Assembly: GCA_041390865.1 (NCBI GenBank)
Contig: JAWKPC010000002.1
Span: 214,022-278,021, forward strand
Direction of reading: 5' to 3'
From: Thermomicrobiales bacterium
Lineage (GTDB): Bacteria > Chloroflexota > Chloroflexia > Thermomicrobiales > CFX8
Length of the DNA stretch: 64,000 nucleotides
Below, piece after piece: positions 54,789-63,574 of this stretch. Position 1 is the stretch's first letter, and every line of letters starts with the position of its first letter. The notes below the pieces were generated by a model. The model did not search any database. It was not told where the DNA came from and was given only the letters and a program-made list of their open reading frames with translations. The position numbers were made by a program, and so were the translations under genes.

Positions 54789-55067
54789 ATGCAGCAACGA
54801 ATAACCGCCGATGAAGCACGCGGCGTCGGAGCGCAAATCGGGATCGACTGGGAGACGTCTCCCTTCGATGTCGAACAGTTCCGGGCCGGGATGGACGTCG
54901 AACTCGAACATGGAGCGCACGACCCGCAAACGGACGTGACCGGCGACGATCCGATCCTGACCGGCAAGATCGCCTGGGCGCACCTCAAAGAGTTCCCGGA
55001 CTACTACACCCGCCTGGAGGAAATGGAAAAGACCGCCGAACGCTACTGGGAACAAGCCGGATGCTGA
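54789..55067 (+). CDS. Small conserved soluble protein (ELEHG / HLxEFPDYY motif family)
   Basis: ATG 54789 follows AAAGGAG. The blocks FRAGMDVELEHG...KIAWAHLKEFPDYYTRLEEME resemble a small DUF family found in bacteria and phages. I do not recall the accession. Confidence 0.6.
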   Translation: MQQRITADEARGVGAQIGIDWETSPFDVEQFRAGMDVELEHGAHDPQTDVTGDDPILTGKIAWAHLKEFPDYYTRLEEMEKTAERYWEQAGC

Positions 55068-55158
55068 ACCGATGACATGAGCGGGCGTACGGCCGGGGTT
55101 GGTCGTGCGCCCGCTCGCATGCATCAGGTGAAGCGTTCATCGATGGCAGTGCGGTAGA

Positions 55159-55304
55159 GACGTGTGGTTCCCGGGCAGATCGGCGGGGATGCTGGTCGCA
55201 GAAAGCAGCCGCTGCTCTCTGCAACGTCCCTTAACTTGATGCATGAAGGGCGTGACGAGTTACGCCCCTACCAATCTCCTGTTAAGGCCACCGTGAAACT
55301 GTAT
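55159..55304 (+). repeat. Repeat copy B (inverted partner of 47063-47170), with a ~42-nt insertion bearing a hairpin
   Basis: GACGTGTGGTTCCCGGGCAGATCGGCGGGGATGCTGGTCGCAGAAAGCAGCCGCTGC ... the inserted hairpin GGGCGT-GACGAGTT-ACGCCC ... TCTCCTGTTAAGGCCACCGTGAAACTGTAT. It abuts the stop codon of 55304-56071. Confidence 0.6.
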
Positions 55305-56071
55305 TAGACGATTGCGATGTTGGTGCCGCCGGTGTCGGCGGGGTCGAAGGTTCGGGGTTCCGGGCCGAGCAGTTCGAGGGCATAGGGGCCGTCGCCGAGA
55401 ATTCTGATCCGGTCCTGAAGCGGTCCGAAATCGAGCGGTTGCCGGAGGATGAGCCGGTGATAACCGGCCAGGAACGTTGCCTCGACAAACTCACTCGTGA
55501 GCCGGGCCGTATCGGCGTCCGAATCGAGCAGGCGCTGGTAGAACAGCGTGGCGTTGTCAATGCTGGCGACGCCGATGATCAGCGATCCGATCCCTTCCGC
55601 TCCGTTGGGATGCCGGCGTGCTTCGCCGGATGGCACACGCGAACTGCGGGAAGTGACGTCCTGGATCAGCAATGGCAGGCTGGAACCGATGTCCGTCACC
55701 GGTCCATCGAGCCAGGCGACCTCGACGCCATCCGGCCGGACGCGCGAACCCGGTACGGGCTTGCCGTAGGGAAGTCGCCGCTGGCGGGCTTGCGCCAGGT
55801 CCAGCTCGATCGCGTTGCTGGTGAGCATATATTCGATCATCCCGCCGCCTCTGGCGAGGAGTTCGGCACGCCGTCCGCGGCGCTCCTCGCTGTGGAACGC
55901 GATCAATTCGATGTAGCTGCCGTCCTGGAAGGGCACGAGTGCGTTGTGGGTCATCGCGCCGGGATGTGTCCCGCCGGGGGTTACCCGGAACCCCAGGGAA
56001 CGGAATTGATCGACCAAGGCGTCCAGATCGTCGCCGATGACGACAACGTGATCGATTCCAAGTATTGCCAT
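55304..56071 (-). CDS. Glyoxalase-like (VOC-fold) domain protein
   Basis: MAILGIDHVVVIGDDLDALVDQFRSLGFRVTPGGTHPGAMTHNALVPFQDGSYIELIAF is typical of the glyoxalase-like domain family. Confidence 0.75.
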   Translation of the reverse strand: MAILGIDHVVVIGDDLDALVDQFRSLGFRVTPGGTHPGAMTHNALVPFQDGSYIELIAFHSEERRGRRAELLARGGGMIEYMLTSNAIELDLAQARQRRLPYGKPVPGSRVRPDGVEVAWLDGPVTDIGSSLPLLIQDVTSRSSRVPSGEARRHPNGAEGIGSLIIGVASIDNATLFYQRLLDSDADTARLTSEFVEATFLAGYHRLILRQPLDFGPLQDRIRILGDGPYALELLGPEPRTFDPADTGGTNIAIV

Positions 56072-56226
56072 CGAATAGCTTCCCTTTCCCCACCGGATTG
56101 TCGCATCATAGACGGCATCGACTCAGTTCAGAAGACCGGATTTCGTCACAATGACTGATAACCCATTCGGGCTATCCGGCGTACCGGGGCTCGTTCTGCC
56201 GCATAACCTGACCGGGAAGGGTCACA

Positions 56227-57024
56227 ATGCCGGAACGTCTACCACGAGATGTAGTTCGCCAGTATGCATCATCGAACCCGCTCCAGGTGAGGATGCGGAC
56301 CCATCAGCTCTACGGAGAGCGAAAGGTCGATCTCAACCAGATCTGCTACGAAGCGCTCGCACTGGCCGGCGATGAGGCCGTACTGGATGCGGGTTGCGGG
56401 CCGGGCCAGTTTCTCGAGGTTATTCGAGGAAAGGGCCATCGCGGCAAGCTGGTCGGTCTCGATCAGTCGGCCGCGATGGTCGCCGACGTGCGGCAACTCG
56501 GGTTCGACGCCGTCGAGGGCGATGTCCAGGCTCTGCCATTTGCCAGCGGGTCGTTCGACCGCGTCGTCGCGCGGCATATGCTCTATCACGTCCCGGATAT
56601 CGGGCTGGCCCTGCGGGAGTTCTCACGGGTGCTCGAACCGGACGGTTGCCTGCTCGTGACGACCAATTCGAATAGCTCGATGCCGGGAATCCTGGGATTG
56701 CTTCAGGATCTCCTTGCCGCTTTCGATCAGCCTGAATGGGACCGCCCGGACGCCCGTTTCTGCATCGAGAACGCGGAGGGTTTCTTCGAGGAGGCAGGCT
56801 ACACGGTTGAAGCGCGGGTCATCGAGAACGCTCTGGTCTTTCACTCACCGGACCCGGTCGTCGATTACTGCGTCAGCACGTTGCCGTCGCTCGATGTGAA
56901 TGTCTCTCTCCATGCGGAGATGGAGTCCTGGCTCGTCGACGAAGCCGGGCGGCGCTTCGAGGCGATCGGCCGCGAGTGGCGGGACCCGACCTATGCCGGA
57001 GTGTATGTGGGGAAGAGTTTGTAG
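56227..57024 (+). CDS. Class I SAM-dependent methyltransferase
   Basis: Motif I VLDAGCGPGQF, the post-I segment LVGLDQS, and FDRVVARHMLYHV. Confidence 0.85.
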   Translation: MPERLPRDVVRQYASSNPLQVRMRTHQLYGERKVDLNQICYEALALAGDEAVLDAGCGPGQFLEVIRGKGHRGKLVGLDQSAAMVADVRQLGFDAVEGDVQALPFASGSFDRVVARHMLYHVPDIGLALREFSRVLEPDGCLLVTTNSNSSMPGILGLLQDLLAAFDQPEWDRPDARFCIENAEGFFEEAGYTVEARVIENALVFHSPDPVVDYCVSTLPSLDVNVSLHAEMESWLVDEAGRRFEAIGREWRDPTYAGVYVGKSL

Positions 57025-57075
57025 TGGGTAGTTCGTAGGTTGTCGTGAACAGCCGCCCCCTCCCCACCGCCCGCC

Positions 57076-57639
57076 CTAAATCACCGCCTGCAATCCCGCA
57101 AACGTCACCGCGACGAGCAAGATAACGAGGATCAGCGCGACCGTGATGGCGAAGAAGGTGCCGAGGAGCTGGCGGATTGCTTTTCCATAGCTTGATTTCT
57201 GGACCGGTGTCGTTGTTGTGGCCGGGCGTTGACGGGTTGCCGAACGTTGCTGGGTGTAGGTCGGGCGTCGGCGCGCGTTCGTCGAGCGAGGCGTGGCATA
57301 CCGGCTGCGCATCGTCTGGGCCGCCATGCTGTTGCGGGCGGCGCGGTCGTAGTCTTCGCGGAGCTCCGTCCGCGACAGGACGGCGTAAGCGGCATTGAGG
57401 TCCTTGGCGCGCTCTTCGGCCGCTCGTTGCTCGGCAGGATCGGAGAAGCGGTCCGGATGGGACTGGCGCATGAGCCGGCGATAGCTGCGGGTAATCTCTT
57501 CCCGGGTTGCCGTCGGTTCGATCTGGAGGATGGCGTAGTAGTCGATGGCGGGGTCGAACCGGCGGCTGGACACGGTGTGGGCGAGCTTTCCTTCGAGGGT
57601 GTCGGACAGGCGGCAACGGGCTCGATTGTACTTGAGCAT
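57076..57639 (-). CDS. J-domain (DnaJ-like) protein with C-terminal TM anchor
   Basis: IDYYAILQIEPTATREEITRSYRRLMRQSHPDRF (HPD motif) ... the C-terminal LLGTFFAITVALILVILLVAVTFAGL. Confidence 0.8.
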   Translation of the reverse strand: MLKYNRARCRLSDTLEGKLAHTVSSRRFDPAIDYYAILQIEPTATREEITRSYRRLMRQSHPDRFSDPAEQRAAEERAKDLNAAYAVLSRTELREDYDRAARNSMAAQTMRSRYATPRSTNARRRPTYTQQRSATRQRPATTTTPVQKSSYGKAIRQLLGTFFAITVALILVILLVAVTFAGLQAVI

Positions 57640-57714
57640 CTTCTCTCCATTAGAAGAACACATGATCTACTATGTGTCTACGAAGACGCTCGATCACGAA
57701 CCGGGGAGAGACTG

Positions 57715-58212
57715 ATGCACGTTGCCGATCTGCGGGCACTCTACGACTACAGCTGTTGGATGAACGACCGGATTCTCGATACTGCCGGCCAGGTCACCCC
57801 GGAGCAGTACACCGCGCCCACCGACTTGACGCCACGCAACCTTCAGGACAATCTCGTCCATATCCTCGATGTCGAATGGAGCTGGCGGGAGACGGTTCGG
57901 ACGCGAGGCGAGAAGGGCGTTGGCCATGGTGAGATCCTTGAACCGGCCGACTTCCCCGATGTCGCCAGCCTCAGAGCACGCTGGGCGGTGGAGTCGGAGA
58001 TCATGCGGGAGTATCTCGCCGGTCTATCCGACGAGGATCTTGATGCTCCAGCCCGGCCGGGGGACGACAGGTTTTCGATTGGCGACATTCTCTTCCATGC
58101 GATCAATCATGGCTTGCTGGCGCGGGTGGAAGCGGCCGTGCTGTTGACCAGCTACGGTCATTCTCCAGGCGACCTGGACTACCTTGATTTCATCGCCCCG
58201 GTATCCTCATAG
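57715..58212 (+). CDS. DinB-family (DinB_2-like) four-helix-bundle protein
   Basis: ATG 57715 follows GGGGAGAG. The sequence LYDYSCWMNDRILDTAGQVTPEQY...LVHILDVEWSW...ILFHAINHG shows the His-triad pattern typical of DinB proteins. The upstream part of the 57229 ORF is antisense to the J-domain gene. Confidence 0.8.
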   Translation: MHVADLRALYDYSCWMNDRILDTAGQVTPEQYTAPTDLTPRNLQDNLVHILDVEWSWRETVRTRGEKGVGHGEILEPADFPDVASLRARWAVESEIMREYLAGLSDEDLDAPARPGDDRFSIGDILFHAINHGLLARVEAAVLLTSYGHSPGDLDYLDFIAPVSS

Positions 58213-58236
58213 TATGGATATTGGAAAGGAACAGCC

Positions 58237-59049
58237 ATGTCATTAGAGAACACACCCGTCACGCTGGCTGCCACAGGCGTCACACTCAATGCCGAAATCC
58301 GTCCCGGCGACGATGATTCACCGGTTATCTGCCTGCACGGGATCTGGGACGACAGCAAGTACTTCGTCGAGCTTGCTCTGGAAGGCGCCTTCCCGGGTCA
58401 GAAGATGTACCTGCTCGATCTGCGCGGACACGGGGAGTCGGACAAGCCCGAGGTCGGCTACGGCCTGAACAACTATGCCGACGACATCATCGCGTTCATT
58501 ACCGAGCGGCGGATGGACAACGTCGTCCTGGTCGGGCACTCCCTCGGGGCGCTGACCAGCCTGCTTGTTGCTGCCGAGATGCCGGACCGGATCCGGGCGA
58601 TGGTGCTGGAAGACCCGCCGATCCCCTTGCGTTCGGAAAACATGGAGACGTTCGCCACGCTGGTCGATCTAAAGCAGAAATCGTTCGAGACCGTTGTCGA
58701 CGAGATCAAGGCCTGGCGGCCATTCATCACCCAGGAGCAGGCCGAAGATACGGCGCGACGCCTGCAACAGACGGCCGATGGCGTGCTGGCCGAGGCGGCG
58801 AAAGATCTCTCGATTACCGCCGAAGTGCCCGCGCCCGGCGTGATGATTCCCGCTCCGACGCTGGTGATCCAGGCTGGTAACGAGGACCAGCGAGCATTCG
58901 GCTCCGAAGGTTCCGGGATCCTCGGCGCGGTGTTGCCGAATCTGACGATCGAGACGATTCCCGATACCAGCCACAACGTGCTGCGCGAGAAGCCGGAACA
59001 ATATCGCGATCTGGTTCAGGAATGGTGGAACGGTGTCCAGCCCGCCTGA
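58237..59049 (+). CDS. Alpha/beta hydrolase
   Basis: HG oxyanion motif ICLHGIWDD, nucleophile elbow LVGHSLGA, and a C-terminal His (TSHNVLREKPEQ). Confidence 0.85.
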   Translation: MSLENTPVTLAATGVTLNAEIRPGDDDSPVICLHGIWDDSKYFVELALEGAFPGQKMYLLDLRGHGESDKPEVGYGLNNYADDIIAFITERRMDNVVLVGHSLGALTSLLVAAEMPDRIRAMVLEDPPIPLRSENMETFATLVDLKQKSFETVVDEIKAWRPFITQEQAEDTARRLQQTADGVLAEAAKDLSITAEVPAPGVMIPAPTLVIQAGNEDQRAFGSEGSGILGAVLPNLTIETIPDTSHNVLREKPEQYRDLVQEWWNGVQPA

Positions 59050-59452
59050 TTGGGCGGTCGACTTCGTCCGAGAAGCCCGCGTCGCCCGTCTAGCGACCGC
59101 CAATGCCGGCGCGGAACCGCACGTCATTCCCTGCGTCTACGTCCTGCACGACGGCGCGATCTACTCAGTTATCGATGAGAAGCCGAAGTCCGGCCGCCGT
59201 CTGCTCCGCCTCCGCAACATCGATGCGACGGGCAGGGCCGCCCTTGTCGTCGACCACTACGACGACGACTGGACCCAGCTCGCCTTCGTCCTGATTCGCG
59301 GGCCGGCCGCGACGATCACTGCCGACGATCCACGCTATCCACCGGCGCTGGATGCGCTACGGGAGAAGTATCCCCAGTACCGCGAGATGGAACTGGAAAA
59401 TTCGGAGATGGTCGTGCTGGAGACGGACCGCTGGACGGCCTGGCGAGGATAG
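59033..59452 (+). CDS. PPOX-class (pyridoxamine 5'-phosphate oxidase-like) probable F420-dependent enzyme
   Basis: FVREARVARLATANAGAEPHVIPCVYVLHDGAIYSVIDEKPK...ALVVDHYDDDWTQLAFVLIRG. The GTG start overlaps the end of the hydrolase gene. Confidence 0.75.
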   Translation: MSSPPDWAVDFVREARVARLATANAGAEPHVIPCVYVLHDGAIYSVIDEKPKSGRRLLRLRNIDATGRAALVVDHYDDDWTQLAFVLIRGPAATITADDPRYPPALDALREKYPQYREMELENSEMVVLETDRWTAWRG

Positions 59453-59655
59453 CCTCACCATGGTGGAAATACGGGGTCGAGACGGGGATGGCTGGATTTA
59501 CTGGATACTGCACCGCAGGCGTTGCTGATCGATGTCATCCGAAACGGTTTCCTGATTACCTCTAGCGGCGCAATTCTCTGGATTTCCTCGAGCGACAGCC
59601 CGCCGCAAGATTCTACGACGGGCTGTACCTCCATCCCCGATGAGTTTTCATAAGG

Positions 59656-60165
59656 CTAGAATGTTTCGGTCCTCCGGCCGTAGTACGACTGGCGAATCCA
59701 GCGGCTGAGCCGGTCGATGCTCCCGTTCCCAATGTCGTCTGTGCGATGGAGCGCCCACGACAGCAGGTAGAGAGCGCCAACGAACGGCGCTGTGAAGATG
59801 AACAGTAGCGATAGTCCGATGGTAGCGAGGACCAGGAGCGCCGAGCCGGCGAAGATGAGCAGCGCCCCGATACCTTCCCTCCACCAGGCTAATAGCAGTC
59901 CCAGAGCAAGCGTTGCACTGGCAATGCCAATGAGCGACATGAGCACGTAGTCAAAGAGGGTAGGGTTGTTGGTTCCGCTTCCGTCGACAAGGTTGAGGGC
60001 CGTTCCCAACAGGATCACCAGCGCAAAGGGAGCGACCAGGACGAACCCGACCGTGCCGACGATGCGGGCGACGAGTCGCGGCCACCTCGGCGGCTCAGGT
60101 GCTCCAAACATTGCTCGACCGTACGACGTCCTGTAGGGCTCGTGTGCCTGTAGCATGACGTTCAC
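59656..60165 (-). CDS. Small 4-TM membrane protein, unknown function
   Basis: 169-aa ORF with four clear hydrophobic helices, immediately downstream of and co-directional with the DUF2339-like gene. Confidence 0.5.
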   Translation of the reverse strand: MNVMLQAHEPYRTSYGRAMFGAPEPPRWPRLVARIVGTVGFVLVAPFALVILLGTALNLVDGSGTNNPTLFDYVLMSLIGIASATLALGLLLAWWREGIGALLIFAGSALLVLATIGLSLLFIFTAPFVGALYLLSWALHRTDDIGNGSIDRLSRWIRQSYYGRRTETF

Positions 60166-60201
60166 CTACCTTCTTCCCTAGCGAGCCGCCGCAGCCGGCC
60201 A

Positions 60202-63200
60202 TCACGCATGCTGGCCGGCCGGCATTTGCGGCGTCGTCCCGCTCCCTCCGTGGCCCTTATCGAAGCGGTCCTTGTAGTGCTGGTAGATGTAGGAGCTAAC
60301 CAGCAGCAGGATGCCAAGGCCGATGAAGGACAGCACCCGGTACGAGGTGTCGAGGGACGCCAGATCGACGATAAAGACTTTGATCGTTGCGAGTGCCAGC
60401 AGCGCGAGTCCGAAGATCCGCACGGGTGGGCCAAACCGCAGGATACCGGCAGCAAACGCCGTACCACCAAGGGTGGCCCAGAGGATCGACAGGGCGACCT
60501 GTGCCTGCTTCTGGAGCGTTGCGAGGGTGATGGCAGCGTCCCCGACCCGGCTCTGGAATTCATCGACGACGGCGACGGAGAGGAGGTAGACCACCAGGGC
60601 TCCAGCCAGAGCCATGATCCAGCGGACTGTCTCCGATCGTTGACGGTAGAGCCAGGCCGTCAGACCGAGAGCGATGATCATCGCGCCGATGGCCGCAGTC
60701 GCTCCACTCCAGAGCAGCGGGTGATCGATCGCAACCGAGTCGCGAACAACCAGGCGCGTCAGGGGTGCGATGGAGTAGACGATGAATAGCAGTCCGCCGC
60801 CGAGCAACGTACCTGCTGATGCCAGGTAGGCTTTCTGTCCCGCTGGCTCCCGCTGGCTCAGGAGTACCAGACCGATGGCCAGGGCGGACCACATGACGAC
60901 CACTCCCGCGTGCGAGAGTTCGAAGATCATCAGATAGGCGGCGATGGCGAATGCCGCCACCCGCGTACCCGTGCCAAACTGCCAGTGGCGGGTGATGGTC
61001 GAAACTACTCCGGCGGCAGCAATCAGGAACATGGCTGCCAGCGTGCGTTCGTCGGTGAAGGGAATATCCGGCAACGCGTTCGGGTCGATCTCGGACAGCG
61101 GCATCTCGAAGGTGAAGGCATGGAGGATCGACAGCACTGCCGCGCCGATTGCGGGGATATAGAGGCCGTTGCTGAAGGTAGTGACGGCTTCGTCGACCAG
61201 CACCGGCCAGCGCTGAAGCGCGATTGCCAGGACGAAGATCGCCGACCAGGTTCCGAGCACAGCCACTCCCGACAGCTCGAAGGGGATTGCGTACATCGCC
61301 AGCGACATGGCGGCGATTGCGAGCGCCACCCGGACAATACGCCTGGTTATCCAGTATCCGGATATCGCGGCCGCAGCCAGCAGCATTGCCAGGCCCAACC
61401 CATCGAGGTTGAGGAACGGCCAGGTGCTCTGAAGGTCATCGCCGACCTGCAGCGCCTCGAGTGGATACTCGAAAAGCGCAAGGTGGCCGATCGCAAGGGC
61501 AGCCGGAATCACCGCGTAGAGACCCACGTGAAGGTGCTGGCGATGGCCATAGATCCAGGCGAGGGCGACTGCTACCGCGGTCCAGGCCGCGACGACGGCG
61601 ACTCCCGATAGTTCGTAGGGGACCGCGTACACGATCAGTGAGAGTCCGACGAAGGCAAGCGCGGTTCGGACCTGTGGCATAGCAATGAAGTAGCCGGACA
61701 CGGCCAGGGCCGCCAGGAGGAAGGCTAGAGTGGAGCCATTCGCGTTCAGGAAGGGCCAGCTGCTCTGGAGATCCTCACTTGCGATCAGACCGAACGGATA
61801 TTCGAACATCAGGAGGTGAGTGATAGCCAGGATGCCGAGGACGGTTGCGTAGACGCCGGCGAAGCGGTGCTTGCGCAGTCCGAAGATCCAGGCAAGCGCG
61901 GCTGCTTCGGCTGCCCAGCCAACCGGCACGACCGGCCCGCCGAACTGGACGGGAATGGCCATAGTGAATGCGGCAACGCCGGTGCCGGCCGCCAGCATAC
62001 CGAAGGGGTGATACTCACCGCGGTCACGGAGGAAGTAGAGGCCGATCAGGCCGTGACCAAGAGCTGCGCCAACCAGGAAGAGCCCGCGCCACGGTTCGAG
62101 ATCACCATCGAGAATGACGAATCCCATGCCGACCAGGTAGACGGCATTGATCATCAGTAAGGTGGCCGAGGTCACCCTGATGCGCTGGCTCGGAACGCGG
62201 AATTCTTCGCCACCAGCCGCGATGGCGTTGAGCGACCAGAAGCCGGTCAGGACGAGCAGGGCGATAGCCGCGTTAATGTCACTGACCAGGAGATCGCTCA
62301 CTTGAGGAACTGCAAGGAAGTAGGCGAGCGGTGGCAGCCAGCGCCAGGTCTGGAAGAGGGCGATGCTCGTCGTGCCGATCAGGATAGTGCCAACGAAGAA
62401 GGCTGTCGGTAAATCGGATTGCGCTCCGAGGAGCGGCGGTGCAACCAGCGCGGCGATCAGACCGTAGCCTGCGACAATCTGGGAGCTCGCCCGGACTGCG
62501 ATTACCGCTGCGGCCATCGCGCTGACCAGGATGGCCAGCAGGCCAATAGGCACCGAGACAAGGTCGTAGAGACGCGTCGCCGCCAGCAACGCGATGTTCA
62601 TCACGCCAAGGCCGGTTGCCACCATCACATGACCGAAGATGCGTTCGCGCCGCTCGAAGAACCAGGCACCGGTCGACAGCATGACGGTAGCGGCAGTCAT
62701 GCCGATGACGATCCGAGCGGATGGCCCGATCCAGCCGCGGCTGAAGGCGAGACTCAGGAAGAAGATAGAGCCGACCAGGATGGCGAGGCCGCCGGTCCAG
62801 GCCAGCACCCGACCGCTGAGGAGATCTTCGAGATCGAACTCCGTGCGCTCTCGTTCAGGGAGCGGCGGGAAGAGCGGTTCGACCGGTTGCCAAACCTGTT
62901 CGGGGACGGCAATGATCTCGGGAACGATTGGCTCTTCTACGGAAGCAGGCTCAGGGATGCTGACGCCCAGGGGAATCAGCACCGGCTCCACCGGTGCAGG
63001 CGGTTCAGCGATGATCGGGGTAACGGGAACGGCGACCGGTTCGGGGGTTTCTGATACGGACGGTGCGGTTTCGATCCCGGGAACGCGTTCTTCGACCAGC
63101 CGCAGGCGCTGATCGAGATCGCTTACTGTATTTTCGATGTACTGCAACTGCGTCTGGATCTGACCAATTGTCCGGGCAGACAATACTGAGATACCGGCCC

Positions 63201-63369
63201 GCGCTCGTTCCTGTTCGAGAAGTCTCTGATAGGGGATCCCGGTGCTCTGCGATCGTCGCTCCAGTTCTTGCTGGAGAGCGGTGCGAGGCCGTCCGCAGTT
63301 CGCACAGAAGTCGGCTGTGGACGGAACTTGATGACCGCAGGTGGGACAGATAACGGTGTTCATGGCCAT
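60202..63369 (-). CDS. Very large polytopic membrane protein, DUF2339-like, with N-terminal zinc-ribbon and coiled-coil
   Basis: ATG 63369 opens MAMNTVICPTCGHQVPSTADFCANCGRP (CxxC..CxxC). A coiled-coil (QLQYIENTVSDLDQRLRLVEERV) and a Pro-rich spacer follow, then about 30 TM helices in repeated units. This is the layout I associate with DUF2339. Confidence 0.8.
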   Translation of the reverse strand: MAMNTVICPTCGHQVPSTADFCANCGRPRTALQQELERRSQSTGIPYQRLLEQERARAGISVLSARTIGQIQTQLQYIENTVSDLDQRLRLVEERVPGIETAPSVSETPEPVAVPVTPIIAEPPAPVEPVLIPLGVSIPEPASVEEPIVPEIIAVPEQVWQPVEPLFPPLPERERTEFDLEDLLSGRVLAWTGGLAILVGSIFFLSLAFSRGWIGPSARIVIGMTAATVMLSTGAWFFERRERIFGHVMVATGLGVMNIALLAATRLYDLVSVPIGLLAILVSAMAAAVIAVRASSQIVAGYGLIAALVAPPLLGAQSDLPTAFFVGTILIGTTSIALFQTWRWLPPLAYFLAVPQVSDLLVSDINAAIALLVLTGFWSLNAIAAGGEEFRVPSQRIRVTSATLLMINAVYLVGMGFVILDGDLEPWRGLFLVGAALGHGLIGLYFLRDRGEYHPFGMLAAGTGVAAFTMAIPVQFGGPVVPVGWAAEAAALAWIFGLRKHRFAGVYATVLGILAITHLLMFEYPFGLIASEDLQSSWPFLNANGSTLAFLLAALAVSGYFIAMPQVRTALAFVGLSLIVYAVPYELSGVAVVAAWTAVAVALAWIYGHRQHLHVGLYAVIPAALAIGHLALFEYPLEALQVGDDLQSTWPFLNLDGLGLAMLLAAAAISGYWITRRIVRVALAIAAMSLAMYAIPFELSGVAVLGTWSAIFVLAIALQRWPVLVDEAVTTFSNGLYIPAIGAAVLSILHAFTFEMPLSEIDPNALPDIPFTDERTLAAMFLIAAAGVVSTITRHWQFGTGTRVAAFAIAAYLMIFELSHAGVVVMWSALAIGLVLLSQREPAGQKAYLASAGTLLGGGLLFIVYSIAPLTRLVVRDSVAIDHPLLWSGATAAIGAMIIALGLTAWLYRQRSETVRWIMALAGALVVYLLSVAVVDEFQSRVGDAAITLATLQKQAQVALSILWATLGGTAFAAGILRFGPPVRIFGLALLALATIKVFIVDLASLDTSYRVLSFIGLGILLLVSSYIYQHYKDRFDKGHGGSGTTPQMPAGQHA

Positions 63370-63574
63370 GCTCGCGATCGATTGGAAGAATGTGCCGAAA
63401 AGCTCGCTAGCGTTTACTTGCCGTGAGACCACACAGGTGTCAAATCGTGCTTGAATCATCCTCCAGGTTCGGCGACAATCGCATTGAATTCAGTCTCAAT
63501 TCGTTACAGCATCGCTACAATCGACGCCGCAAGCGGCATCGGGTAGAAAGCCAGTAGAAGCGGGATGCCTCGCA

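Noticed and set aside
47063-55304. A composite transposon or genomic island delimited by the inverted repeats
   Set aside because: No transposase, integrase, tRNA attachment site or direct target duplication is visible. I keep only the weaker statement that the repeats could mediate inversion.
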